From Phoronis australis (lineage: Eukaryota > Animalia > Phoronida), in assembly GCA_002633005.1 (NCBI GenBank), contig NMRA01000124.1:1-64000 (forward strand): a stretch of 64,000 nucleotides of DNA, written 5' to 3'. Made by a program: the position numbers and the translations under genes. Positions within the stretch are counted from its first letter, which is position 1, and each line of letters starts with the position of its first letter. Positions 1 to 12,107 of this stretch are shown one piece after another. The notes under the pieces are model-generated. The model had not been told where the DNA came from and did no database searches. It saw only the letters and a program-made list of their open reading frames with translations.

Positions 1-616
1 AACAGAGGTATGGCTTCTCACCAGTGTGCAGTCTGCTGTGGGTAATGAGAGAACTGCGTGCTTTGAATGTTTTTCCACATTCATTGCAGCTGTATGACCT
101 CTCACTCTTGTGTTTCTGGCTTTGAACAACGAGACTATCTCGTATTTTGGCGGTCTTTCCAATTTCAAGGCAGACGTTTGGTTTCTTACCTAAGTGCATT
201 GTCGTGCGATCATCCACACTATATACCTTGGAGTTTGACCGAATCACATCACGTTGTGCATTAACAGTGCTGGAACCTTCTGATACCACACCATCAACAC
301 ATCCTACCTCAAGAGTGTACTCATTTCCCAAATAACACCCAGGACTGTCATCATGGCATTCCAGTTCAAACTCAGCTGGATGAAATATACAATTATCCAC
401 ATGAGAACACACTCGCTCATAGTTCCGATGATTACCAACTACTTCCTGCTTGACGACAGACTGGACATAATTTCCACTGGTGTAACCTTCAAAATCACAG
501 CTATTGCTTAAATTACAGAGAGACTTGGTGTGTGTAGTGTTCTCATTCTTCAGATCAGAGAATAAATTTCCTTCACTTGTTACCTCTTTAGGTTCAGGTG
601 CGCTGAAAATTTCCAT
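1..616 (-). CDS. C2H2 zinc-finger protein, 5' part of large coding exon (truncated by window edge)
   Basis: Open frame on - strand from ATG at 616 to the window edge: [12 protein letters not shown]...[33 protein letters not shown], a canonical C-x2-C-x12-H-x3-H finger plus TGEKPY linker; acceptor ctttcag just upstream (exon boundary 624). Missing from ORF track because no stop lies inside the window. Confidence 0.85.
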   Translation of the reverse strand, partial: MEIFSAPEPKEVTSEGNLFSDLKNENTTHTKSLCNLSNSCDFEGYTSGNYVQSVVKQEVVGNHRNYERVCSHVDNCIFHPAEFELECHDDSPGCYLGNEYTLEVGCVDGVVSEGSSTVNAQRDVIRSNSKVYSVDDRTTMHLGKKPNVCLEIGKTAKIRDSLVVQSQKHKSERSYSCNECGKTFKARSSLITHSRLHTGEKPYLC

Positions 617-2278
617 GGCTTAGACTGAAAGACAGAAAGGAATCAAATAAAAATTCAGTTACAACAGTTATATCAGATAGTGTATTAGTTCAAACTCTGA
701 TTTTGCAGATCAATATTGATGACTACAATGACCTTGGTAACAGAAATACTTTCCTGAATCTCGCCAACCCTTACAAAGACAGCTCCACTCTGGGCGACTT
801 AACTGATGGCAGTGGAAACTGAGTCTGCTCCTTCAAACAACAGGAGTGTCTTTGAGACATAACAGAGAAGTTTACAATACTTTTATCTTCAAGAAACAGG
901 TTGCATTATGCAACAAAGCCTGTCACAGAGCCAGTTTCGGGTAAAGTCCATAAAATGGGGTTTAAAATTCCTTAAAATGACGATAAAAGTATGCATTTTG
1001 TTCATTTTTGTAATACTTGTAACTAAATATATTTGTCATGAGCTGAATTCAAACTGTTACCTCTTTACTCAGTATCATAGGCCTTGTATACGACAATAAC
1101 AGTATTTAGTCATATCATATTAAGTGTGTTACTAGTATGCAACCACTGCACTACTTAAAACTTGTGCAAACAGGCGCCATATGATGATATTTGTATTCTA
1201 TAGTCATGGATGGATGAACTTGAAATTGAAAACCCAGCATTGAAGTCTGGTTCACTGGTAATGCAACTGAGGAACCACCCACTTGATTTGATTCAGTGGT
1301 GTTGATGTTTGTGACTTCGGCTCGACCTCAGTCTCAGACAAATTTCAGCATTTTCGAGACTTCATTCATAGTCCTTGGACCATGTAATACTATAATAGGC
1401 AATATTAGCGGTTGACTTCCAGTCAGGCTCCCATGTGTCAGTGGGCTGAGTGTGCCACGCGGGTTGAACCTGTTGAAGTGTTGAAGACTTGAAGTTGAAT
1501 GCATTGGATAGGTTACTGCACAGGTGTCCTGAGCTTTTGATCGTCCGCAATAGAGAGTCTATTGCCTGTTAGTGTACTGTTAGTGTTATTGTCGTATTGA
1601 GTATTGCCATATTGGAGACGATAAGAAGTCGAGGGTTAAAGGAAACTAATTTCTAACATAAGAATGCGAAAATGAAACCAGTAAACAAATGAGAATCGCC
1701 TGTTTCTTTTCTATTTAAGCTTACCGTATTTTGCGAAGATAAAAACATAGCTAGATTTCCAACATTTCTGCCTTGTTGAGTTCTTTATTTGGGTCATTGT
1801 AATGTAGGTCAAACTGTCTGTATTTCATAGTTTAGCGAATATCTGGCAGAGGTCGTTTAAGCATATGATTTTTACCAAAAGAGGGCATTTGCAAAGGTGA
1901 AAAATTTGGCGCGTCAGCAAACGGTGTTTTGTTTCTCAAGACTGAAGTTTTGGTAAGATAGAGATCCTATTCTACTGCAGATATTGTCTTCTAACCATAG
2001 AGAAAGGAACAATCTCCCCTAAACGCTGTCTTTATTATGACTTTTGTTGATCCTTTGTCTCGGAGCCTTGCCAAAAAATTCGAGTTCGAATCTGAATCAG
2101 TGAATGTCAACGACGTTCTGACGACACGAGTCACGCTTTGCAGATGCAGTTACTCATTCATCCGTTCTTCCGTTACCAGTGCCATAAAATCATGGTTTAA
2201 ATCAGAAAAAAGCAACTTAATGAAAAAAGTTGTTCGTCGAAATAATGCGAAAATGTCTGATCAAAGCAAACACAGACC

Positions 2279-2797
2279 AGAAGCGTGTTCAACAGACTGA
2301 GTGCCCGCTAGCGTGTACTCGCGAACACAAGGAACAGCTCCTGAACAGCTGTGAGCGCTCACTGTGCGATCCAGTATGGCGACTCTGAAGCAGATTGTGT
2401 TGAACGTCTTAGCCGATGAGCTTAACACTAACAGTCCTTCCTATGCGTACTGAGCGATAAATATGATTAATCTTTGCCAATAATTATTAATATCAGCAGC
2501 CCAAGACAACAACCGTGAAGGCTTCAGGCCGACAAGAATCGAAAATTACGTCGAGGAAACTGTTCCTCGCTACAGCGACCCACAATTTAAGTCGCAGTTT
2601 CGGATGAGTCGGTCAACTTTTGAGGTTAGTTTTCGTGTTGCAGAACCATAATGGTTCATATGTTCCAGACGTGAAGCCTTCGCAGGACGCCATCTTGGAA
2701 ATCTAAGCGAACATGCTCTCGAGGTTGTTCGCGAGCGCTAACGTGAACTGTTCAGGACAAGGGCGCTCAAATCGCTCACTCTATTGAACACGCTTCT
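2279..2797 (+). mobile_element. PIF/Harbinger-derived non-autonomous element carrying a transposase N-terminal remnant
   Basis: Imperfect TIRs agaagcgtgttcaacagactgag (2279) / ctcactctattgaacacgcttct (2797); inside, ~2535-2624 reads RIENYVEETVPRYSDPQFKSQFRMSRSTFE then GT donor, matching the F..FRM.R.TF motif of Harbinger transposases; upstream in-frame stops show decay. Confidence 0.65.
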
Positions 2798-3030
2798 GAT
2801 GATTCTGACTGATTTTGTTGAGTGACGATGGTCACATATGATCAATTAATATGCACTTACACTACAGCCGTCTAACACGAGTCACGATGCTAATAGTCAC
2901 CACATACATAACAAACCATCTCGGCTGACTTTTCCCATTCACGTCTAAGCAATGTGCTTGCTCGTCTGGCCACTCACCAACTAACAACAAGTTGAGACAG
3001 AGTATTCCAGTAGCATGCTATCAATTGATA

Positions 3031-4869
3031 CCGGGATTTTCCGTAGGTAAGCCCATGGGCATGTATTCAGAAAATGAAAAATTGCAGACATTTTAGTAAC
3101 ACTAAATAAGCGCAAGAGCATTTATTCGGAAAAAGCGGACATGTAAACAGAAAGTCATAAGTTTCCTGACTTTGACATTTTTTAATTAAAAATGTGCTTT
3201 GTTAATCAATGCAAAGTTCGACAGCATTTTATTTGTTTCATAAATGATAAATGCTTCACAAAACTGAATTTGTGGCTAAAAGTTGACGTTTTAAGAGAAA
3301 ATTTCCCCTCTATTTGAACACTTGACACCAGAATTTGTAACTCCAAATAAACTCCCACTAGCCGTTACCCGTGCTTTGGCACGTGTAGCAGCTAGTGGGA
3401 AATGCCGAGGGGAAATAGCTACACCTAAGAGTGAACCGATCGAGTGTTCATCGCAAGAGACAGGAATACTTCTTGAAGAGACCGTGTTCAAAGCTTCAAG
3501 CAGAATTTCTGTCACCTGTCAGATTTTAGTAGGCAATTAAGGTGTGCGGCTGTGGGATTCTTCTCTGGCAGTACAAATTTCTTTTCAGAATATTTGACCT
3601 TGCTGTAACACAAAGTGCGGTAATCAGATATTCTTCAGTTTAAAGTGAAACTAAGAACGCATTCAAAATATTGTATAGTACACAAAGTATATAGATGTCA
3701 GTGGCGGATTTAGAGCCAGGGGTCCATGGCCCCCCATAAAATTCTCCCAGCTTCCATTTGACAGTTCGCTGGAATGCGAATGAAGGGCAAAATTCTGGCT
3801 AACACTCTATTTGCCGTGCCTCCCCCCAACTCAAAATCCTGGATCCGCCCCTGGATGTAGGTACAAAAGTTGCATTTTAAATGTACGTACTGAGGCAGAA
3901 AGCCAGCTAGCTGTATAAAGACTGTCGTCAACATACAGCTAGGTAGCTGTGTGTTGAGCTCCGTTAAACACCGAAATTTAACACAACCCGGGTGTTCAAC
4001 TCGTCACCTCGTCATGAAACTTAGAGCTAACAACCTGCAGGGGTGCATGCAGAATCTGGGAATGAATCGACATTCACAGTGCCCGTTACAGCCGTTTACA
4101 GAAGTAAACAAAATCTAATAAACGTTATTTTTTCATAATTCTCCGCCTTTTGTAACAAAGGAAAATCCTATCTGTGGTCGTTTTGAAAACAATGCAATCT
4201 CGTGACGTGCGCGCCATGTCCCTAAACTTTGCGATATCTCTCGAGAGTATTTTCTGAAATTGTTTTTTTTATTAAAATAGTAAAAACTTGTTACGAAATG
4301 AAACCACGTCCGATTGTTATGACATGTACGCAACCTATACAGCTGATTGAAGAACGTTGGCCTGATACGTGACGCAATGGCGCCCAAAGGGCGCATCGCA
4401 GTTTTAGCAGCAGAATAACTGAAGAACGCCAATTTTCCAACACCCGGTTAAATAATTTAGTTTACTCAAGGAAGAGTAAAAAATTTTTAATGAGGCACTG
4501 TTAATTTTGGCCACGATAAGCCCGACGAATTATATACGTGACAGAAGCCGGAGGGAGTGAAATTAAGCTCACGGAGTGACGTCACCCAGGCCTTTAAGCC
4601 GACCGACTGACGTTACCAAGGCCAATACAAAACTGGCCACCCTCCCTCCGTGTCCTTGAAAAAACGTCCCACGAGAAAAAAACAGAACACCTCAAATCCA
4701 AATAGGGAGCCGGTGCAATACCTGGGATCAAGACGGTGCCGAAACGGACGCAACGAAGGTCTGTAGTGGAGCGGGGGAGACGAAGTTTGTGCAATATGTA
4801 ATAGATGGGCGTTTATTGGGCATAATTTTCCGAATAAATGCCCATGGGCTTATCTACGGAAAACCGTGG
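3031..4869. mobile_element. TA-flanked TIR element (Tc1/mariner-pogo-like non-autonomous family)
   Basis: ta|ccgggattttccgtaggtaagcccatgggc at 3029 is inverted relative to gcccatgggcttatctacggaaaaccgtgg|ta ending 4871; a shorter family member lies at 47336-47800. Confidence 0.55.
3699..3853. mobile_element. MITE with CAGTGGCGGA...TCCGCCCCTG ends and 5-bp TSD
   Basis: TIRs cagtggcggattt / ggatccgcccctg; direct repeat gatgt on both flanks (3694-3698, 3854-3858). Confidence 0.75.
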
Positions 4870-5190
4870 TAGCCTTGGTGCAGAGTTGTATTCTTTTTGC
4901 CGCTTTGCACTGATGTGGGTAAAAAGCTGACCAGATATCTGACACAAAATTAGTGTCATCAAAAACTATTATCTTCCTTTGGTAAACTGTATTACTTACC
5001 GGTGTTGGAAAAATGGCTTTCTACTGTTATTTTGCTGCTAAAATTGTGGTACAATCTTTTGCATCGTCTTTTGGCGCCATGAAATATTGCGTCACCTATT
5101 GGCCAGTTTCTTTTTTTGCTCATTCTTCAATCAACTGTTTTTGCATACTCATTACAACAAATTATTGGAACTATTTTTACTTCATTATAA

Positions 5191-6619
5191 GGTGCATTCC
5201 ACGGTATTTGTGCCATGGACTTAAAAAATTCAAATCAGCCTTTTAACTTTCATTTTGATGTTTACACATAGTTTAATCATTGAATTTTGTTGTCTGCAGG
5301 TCCATTTTCTGTCAGTCTTAGAAATTTTGCTTTTATCGGAAGGTTTATCTCTTATTTGTAAAATTTTGCGTTACAGATGTGACATAACTTTTTTCATAAT
5401 TTTTTCTACAGACATGAAGAAATAAATGCCAAAATTGTTTTAATATATCATTTGCTACACAAGAAGTATACTAACAGTTGAAACTACCTGATTTTTTGAT
5501 AATTAGTATTTCCAATTAAACTTTCAAATTAGTGAAAGTCACATCTGTAACATTTAAGTAACAAAAGTTTTGATTTTANNNNNNNNNNNNNNNNNNNNNN
5601 NNNNNNNNNNNNNNNNNNNNNNNNNNNNNNNNNNNNNNNNNNNNNNNNNNNNNNNNNNNNNNNNNNNNNNNNNNNNNNNNNNNNNNNNNNNNNNNNNNNN
5701 NNNNNNNNNNNNNNNNNNNNNNNNNNNNNNNNNNNNNNNNNNNNNNNNNNNNNNNNNNNNNNNNNNNNNNNNNNNNNNNNNNNNNNNNNNNNNNNNNNNN
5801 NNNNNNNNNNNNNNNNNNNNNNNNNNATTTAATCCTAAGATTTTAGCTCAGTACGTGATGTCAGCATTTCACGTCACTTCGTAATTATACCTGCATGAGT
5901 GTTTATGTTGGTCTTAGTTAGTTGTACCTGATTTACTCCTGTTACTAAACTCAACTTTTTCAAGGTGGTTTAAGGACTTACTTGGTATAGTTGTTGTATT
6001 TTTCTCTCAGTGAACACAATTTCATAATGAAGCTCAAAACACAGGTGCACGCAAACAAGCAAAGTAAATTTTAAGACTCCATCTATCAAAAACACTAAAA
6101 TAGTTTACCCACAACCCTTACATACACTTAATGTGATTTTATTAGCTTTGTTTTCATTAAAATTGCATTCTACAACTCTGTATAGTGCAAGTGCCAAATA
6201 GTCACATCTGTAACAGTCACATCTGTAACGCACGTGGTTTTTTTAAATTGCTCATAATTATACAAAGACTTGATTTTAGTTCAAAAACCTTTTCTTCATG
6301 TTATAGCCAAATAAATAGTTAAATTATCTATAGGGAAACTAGTTCCATAATATGAAAGACAGAACAGAGTTTTTAGACAAACCACCATTAGCATATTAAC
6401 CATGGCATTTTCGGTCACATCTGTAACACTAATTAAAAGTAAATTTTAGTACACTAATAATGTGCAGAATTAAAAACTTTTGATACCTGAAGTGCTTCCA
6501 TCAAGTGTGTAATGTGTACTTAAAATTTCTTACTACTGTGATGTTTCACTAATTTTATATTGGAATTTAAAGTGTCTGAATGTCACATCTGTAACAAAAC
6601 CAATACTGTGGAATGCACC
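5191..6619. mobile_element. TIR DNA transposon derivative with 4-bp TSD and subterminal repeats (contains assembly gap)
   Basis: TIRs ggtgcattccacggtatt / aatactgtggaatgcacc; ataa duplicated on both sides; motif gtcacatctgtaac repeated at ~5538, 6201, 6216, 6414, 6582 and inverted at ~5370. Confidence 0.7.
5579..5826. other. Assembly gap (N run)
   Basis: Run of N. Confidence 0.99.
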
Positions 6620-7749
6620 ATAAGTTTTTAGAGTTTTGATAGCAGTAAACCAAATTTCAGTACAAATTTTGCTGTTGTGGAGCTGTCATGTTCTCCCAAG
6701 AGGTGCAGCAGAAATTTAGGAAATGGTATGTGTGTGTGACACTAGCGTATTGTTTTCAAAGCAATTACACACTTTTCGTTGTTACAAAAGGCAAAGAATT
6801 ACGCAAGAAAATGACTTAAACTACTGCAATGTGGCGAGTGGAAGGTGAGTGTCGGTTGACTCCTAGATTTTGCAATCACCCAATGATACAAGTTTCACGG
6901 ATAGGTGATAAACAAACTACCCAGGCTGTGTGCAATTTTGAGCTCTGTCGGCGCTGAACACACACTGGTATCTAGCTGCATTTTGAGGATAGTCTTCATA
7001 CAGCTAGCTAGTTAGCTAGCTGATTGGGTACAAGCAAAACAGGCCAACTTTTCTTAGGGCCTTTTTTGTGTTACTCCTAATCATCACGTACAAGTACAGA
7101 AGCACAGGTATGGTGGCCCTTAAAAGAAGTTGAATTACAGATCGAAGTCAGCTCTGTGTTTATGATCTCATCACGCCAGGTCAAACCGAGGTCAGCTCAT
7201 CGTGGACGGAATTGCTATCAGGAGCCTCTCGGTGCCGGCATGTACCTTGCATGGTTTAGTTAATGCATTAGGTGTGCCCTTAATGAGCACGCACATTGGT
7301 TGCCGTGAATGGAAAGAGTGGGCGGCGACATTTTGCCATGAAGGTTGACGATTGAATTAGGAAAATCTGGAGGTGGTTATAGTATTTATTGGTATTGATG
7401 TCAACAAATAACCAGTGAGTGTGTTGCAGTCGCAGATAAAATGTTTGACAAATTACTCCTATATTGACATGCTTTGAGTTGTTTCGGAAGTGCCTTGTGG
7501 GTTGAAATTCTATTCTGTACAAGCTATGCTATGTTATACTGTCTAAACACAAAAAACAAGGATGTTACGACCATTGACAAAACATGAAAAAATTAATTGG
7601 CATCGAGCTATACTACTATATCCGGAGTTTATGTCTATGTACCTTACATTCCAAACATTGCCTCTTTGAAAAAAAGTGTTTTTGAATATTAACGCCCTTG
7701 GGCCAAAATCCGGATATGAGTGCACTCTCACATACATGAGGGAACTTGC

Positions 7750-9197
7750 ATGAGCATATCATATGTGTGATGGGTTATGGTGTGCTGAATTTTTTGTTGA
7801 ACACATACCAACACTGGTGATCCATCAAAGAAATTGTCTGCTTTTTTCACCCTGTTTGCCCAAATTGTGTTAGCATTGCAGAGAACAATGGGTGAACTGA
7901 GTACCTGAAATGAAGGTTTCTCTTAGTGTGGGAATATCTAAAAGAAAGGAGAAAGTCTAGTGATTCCCCATGGCTAGTGGTTTTTGATTGTTTATTTATT
8001 CACAGCTTCATTTTGAAGACTACGGAACTTGAAACTCGGACCCGTTTACTCATCAATTTTGGATTGTTGACACTGTAATTGTGTGTGATGTAAAAATCAA
8101 ATAGTTTGAACAGGTGCTCTGATGCTATTTCCTAGACTCGCATGATAGCTTAGGGCATTAAGAGCATCAAATTTCTTATGTCAAAAAATATCACCAATGG
8201 GATTGCAGACAAAACTGAAAAATACGGTAAAGTTGCGGGTTAACGCCCGTGCCTGGGTAATTGCCCATCCCCTACTTTTTATCAATTATCGGTTTAAGTG
8301 CCCACTGCTTGGGTAATTGCCCATCCCCTACTTTTTGCCAATTTTCAGTTAAATCACCCAGTGCTTGGATAATTACCCAACCCCCTGTCTCACAATTTCC
8401 CAATTTAAGCGTCAGCGAGTTTCCAGTAAGTAAATGGTAATTTTTATCACACAATCAAGTAGAAGAAAAAGGTGACTGATATTTTAATACAATAAACACC
8501 ATTACACAATGACTCAGTGACTAACTGTTACAATCCAGCAATGTTAGGGAATCCTTCATACTGAAGAATCATAATGGAGGACAGTGGGTGATCATTTAAC
8601 AAGGAAAAACATACACTACAGATGCCATATACGAACATCATAGTTCCTACAGCATAGACATGGTTCTAGCATTCTATGATGTGGAGATGTGCCATCAGAG
8701 AGTAGTATGCTAACAAAAACCAAACTTATGTAGCAAACATTTTAAGTCTGGTTAACACACCATCTGTTGGCCATATCACGTGACCTAATGAATATAAGTC
8801 TGAAAAGATCTCTGGCACCAACCGGGACTTGAACCCAAGACCTTCTGCTAACCCTGCAGACGCTCTAGTCACTGAGCCATCGGGACCACTAGTCAAACAC
8901 AGAAATCCAATCAGATTTAGTAGTGGGCATCTTGCCCATTAGCTCCTGAGTGTATATGAATATGTCAACTTCAATACAGCGTGGGAAATATGTTGCGAGT
9001 TACCAGGCATAAAATCTTCACAACATATTCTCCATGCCGTAATGAGGTTGACATATCTTATGCAGTTTTTGCAACGACACAATTTGTACAAACAGGATGA
9101 GAAAAGCCGACAATTCCTTTGATTGATCACCGTTGTTGGGATTTGTTCAACAAAAAATTTAGCATACCAAAACCCGTCACATAATATATGGTATGCT
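7750..9197. repeat. Pair of long (~140 bp) diverged inverted repeats, probable foldback/MITE arms
   Basis: 7750-7890 (gctgaattttttgttgaacacataccaacactggtgatccatcaaagaaattgtc...) is the reverse complement of 9055-9197 (gacaattcctttgattgatcaccgttgttgggatttgttcaacaaaaaatttagc...). Confidence 0.6.
8813..8887 (-). pseudogene. tRNA-derived sequence (SINE head or tRNA pseudogene)
   Basis: - strand ggtcccgaTGGCTCAGTGActagagcg-tctgc-agggtta-gcaga-aggtcttggGTTCAAGTCCcggttggtgcca: pol III A and B boxes and a 5-bp anticodon stem, but acceptor-stem mismatch and no U33. Confidence 0.6.
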
Positions 9198-11086
9198 TAA
9201 CAGTCAACCTGCTTTTCATTGCAGTGGCCTTGATGAGATGTAGATGTAAATTAAAAACGAAATTTAGTTTCTAAGTACGACTGCTAACACATAGCTAACA
9301 CATTATACTAAAAGGAAGAGGGGTGTAACCCAAAACGCATGCTCTGCTAAAATATACAAGATATTCGTACTACATTTAACTAAGAGTTCTACAGGGTGTA
9401 TACAAACAAAGCCCTCAATTCCTCGATATTGGGTCCGAATATCGGGCCCTGTTCCTCTCAAAAATATTCAGAATTCATGCAAAATTCCCCATTATCAAGT
9501 CAAAAAATTCTCTTAACAATCAGAAATTCCCTTCATGGTGTATATGTCATTGACATAAAAAGCAATGCAATTTATAAACCTTGTAAAAATTCCCCTCTTA
9601 GTAAAAATGGTGTGGAAATTCACCTCCTAGTAAAAACGCTGCAAAAATTCACCTTTCCTCTCAGGTGAGTGAGGGTACTGGTAAACTGAGATTATGCTCA
9701 ACACTTTCAAGATCAGTGCTCTCCCCAGTTTATTTTGTCTTGTCACTGTACTTAGTTTGAATTTTGTGGTGACACGTTTGGCTTACCTGTGTCTAGTTTG
9801 AAAACCTGTGCAACCAGTTTGAATCATTGGGAAATAAAATAAGTCATTTCTTAGGCAAATTAGAACATTTTGGATTTTTGATACCGGTTCATTGCATTTA
9901 TTCCAAGACTTAACACACAAACTTGACAGAGTACGGACATGCACTTTCGAACATGACATGAGTTTTGTAGTGCCAGTCAAATTTTCTATTGTGAAGAACA
10001 TGGAAGTTTCAGCATCAAGTCCATAGCAGTCGTACCTTAAGAAGTAACAGTGACAGTTTTCACTGGCAAAATCGAAGTATTCCAGGCCTGGACATACTTG
10101 AATTTACGACTTGTCTAGTGGTAAAATATTTTAGCCATGTTCTTAATCCCACTAAAGCTCCCTTGAGTGCTACTGCAGTAGAATGATTTCCATGCTGTGT
10201 TGATGTGGTACAGCTATAATGACATCATCTCTTTGTTGACTCACCAACACAAAAAGTTAGATGCTTGAAATAGAGCCATAGTTTGCGTTCTGTGCCATGA
10301 CTGACGAGCCTGGTATTGCTTCTGACAATGTGAATGACAATGTCTGTGGCAATTCCAACAATGCTGCTTCTGTTGACCCTAATGGGAGTAAGAGCACATC
10401 CTCCCGCTCATCTATTAGGAATATGAAAAAGGTGTGAAACAATAGAGTTCTTCCAAACTTTCACCTGTCAGTCTATAGATGGCATGGTGATATGCGTCTA
10501 TTTTGGGCAAAAAATAATTGCAAAAATTGACATTTCTTCGTTTTTCAAGGGCTTATAATGTTGTAAATGTCAACACTTTCTCAAAACATTGTTTGTTGGT
10601 TTACAGAACTCGATTTAAAATGTGTCTGATGATACTTATCATTTATGAAAATCAAAAGCAAAATTTCTCTTGTTTGCCACATTTTCCATTTGATTTGTGA
10701 GATTTCTGAACCCATACCACTTCTGAACCCATACCAATTCTGAGCCCATACCATTTTGCAGTTCAATATTCTGAAATAAGGTGGGAAAAATAAACTTGTG
10801 GTTAATGGTGGAAGCTTATTTCTTCAAAATGATCAGGGGTCCTCATCGTATTGGGCAATACTTGAAAGCGAGACAGACTTGCCTTTAATATTTCAGTACT
10901 TTGTTTTGTGGTTGTCAATTACATGTTCATTGGATGTTGATGTAATATGCCTTATGTTAATTCTTAACAATGAAGTCAAAGTGCATGTCTTCTACGCTTG
11001 TTGAGATCCCAATGACAATGCTAAACTTATCTTGTTAAATACTGTTTTATTTGTTTCAGAAAAAACCAGCTGCGAAGGTACCAAAA

Positions 11087-11212
11087 ATGTCATCGACAAG
11101 CCAAAAACATAGGAATTTTGTCTCAGAGCCTATGGGAGATAAACCGGTGACAGACCTTGCAGGGATTGGTGAAACTCTTGGTGGCCGCCTGGCTGATCAG
11201 GGTTTTGATAAG
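11087..11212 (+). CDS. BANF1: Barrier-to-autointegration factor, first coding exon (aa 1-42)
   Basis: [42 protein letters not shown], closely matching human BAF N-terminus (AGIG helix-hairpin-helix); acceptor tttcag at 11059, phase-0 donor AAG|gt at 11213. Confidence 0.96.
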
Positions 11213-11456
11213 GTACCTTCCCCTTTTAAGCTATGTTCCATTTTGTCCTCAAATTGTTCTTTTGGTGGCAGCAGCATTTTGTTTCCTCAAGTTTCTGTGC
11301 AGAAGTGAACATTACCTAGAAAAATTCTGCTTTATCAGGATGACTTGAGTACTTGTAGCTACATGGAGACAGGCAACATTTGGAAATGCTTGTATTTTGT
11401 CTGTTTGTGAAAGAACTAAAGAAATGCTGTTGACAGTAACGATAACTGGTGAAAAT

Positions 11457-12107
11457 AATATCAGTGACTCAGTAGTATTATTCAGAACTGAACACCTCTG
11501 TGTGGGGAGAAAATGTATCATTAATATCAGTGACTCAGTAGTATTATTCAGAACTGAACACCTCTGTGTGGGGAGAAAATGTATCATTAATATCAGTGAC
11601 TCAGTAGTATTATTCAGAACTGAACACCTCTGTGTGGGGAGAAAATGTATCATTAATATCAGTGACTCAGTAGTATTATTCAGAACTGAACACCTCTGTG
11701 TGGGGAGAAAATGTATCATTAATATCAGTGACTCAGTAGTATTATTCAGAACTGAACACCTCTGTGTGGGGAGAAAATGTATCATTAATATCAGTGACTC
11801 AGTAGTATTATTCAGAACTGAACACCTCTGTGTGGGGAGAAAATGTATCATTAATATCAGTGACTCAGTAGTATTATTCAGAACTGAACACCTCTGTGTG
11901 GGGAGAAAATGTATCATTAATATCAGTGACTCAGTAGTATTATTCAGAACTGAACACCTCTGTGTGGGGAGAAAATGTATCATTAATATCAGTGACTCAG
12001 TAGTATTATTCAGAACTGAACACCTCTGTGTGGGGAGAAAATGTATCATTAATATCAGTGACTCAGTAGTATTATTCAGAACTGAACACCTCTGTGTGGG
12101 GAGAAAA
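11457..12107. repeat. 66-bp minisatellite, ~9.9 identical copies, in BANF1 intron
   Basis: Unit aatatcagtgactcagtagtattattcagaactgaacacctctgtgtggggagaaaatgtatcatt starting at 11457, 11523, ... 12051; ends at N (12108). Confidence 0.97.

Noticed and set aside
5570-5884. 104-aa ORF
   Set aside because: Spans the N gap.
8813-8887. Functional tRNA gene
   Set aside because: Acceptor-stem mismatch and non-canonical anticodon loop (no U33); better explained as a SINE head or pseudogene.
10620-10655. ctgatga...gaaa hammerhead-ribozyme-like core
   Set aside because: No stem II pairing or flanking helices; other ctgatga sites checked also fail.
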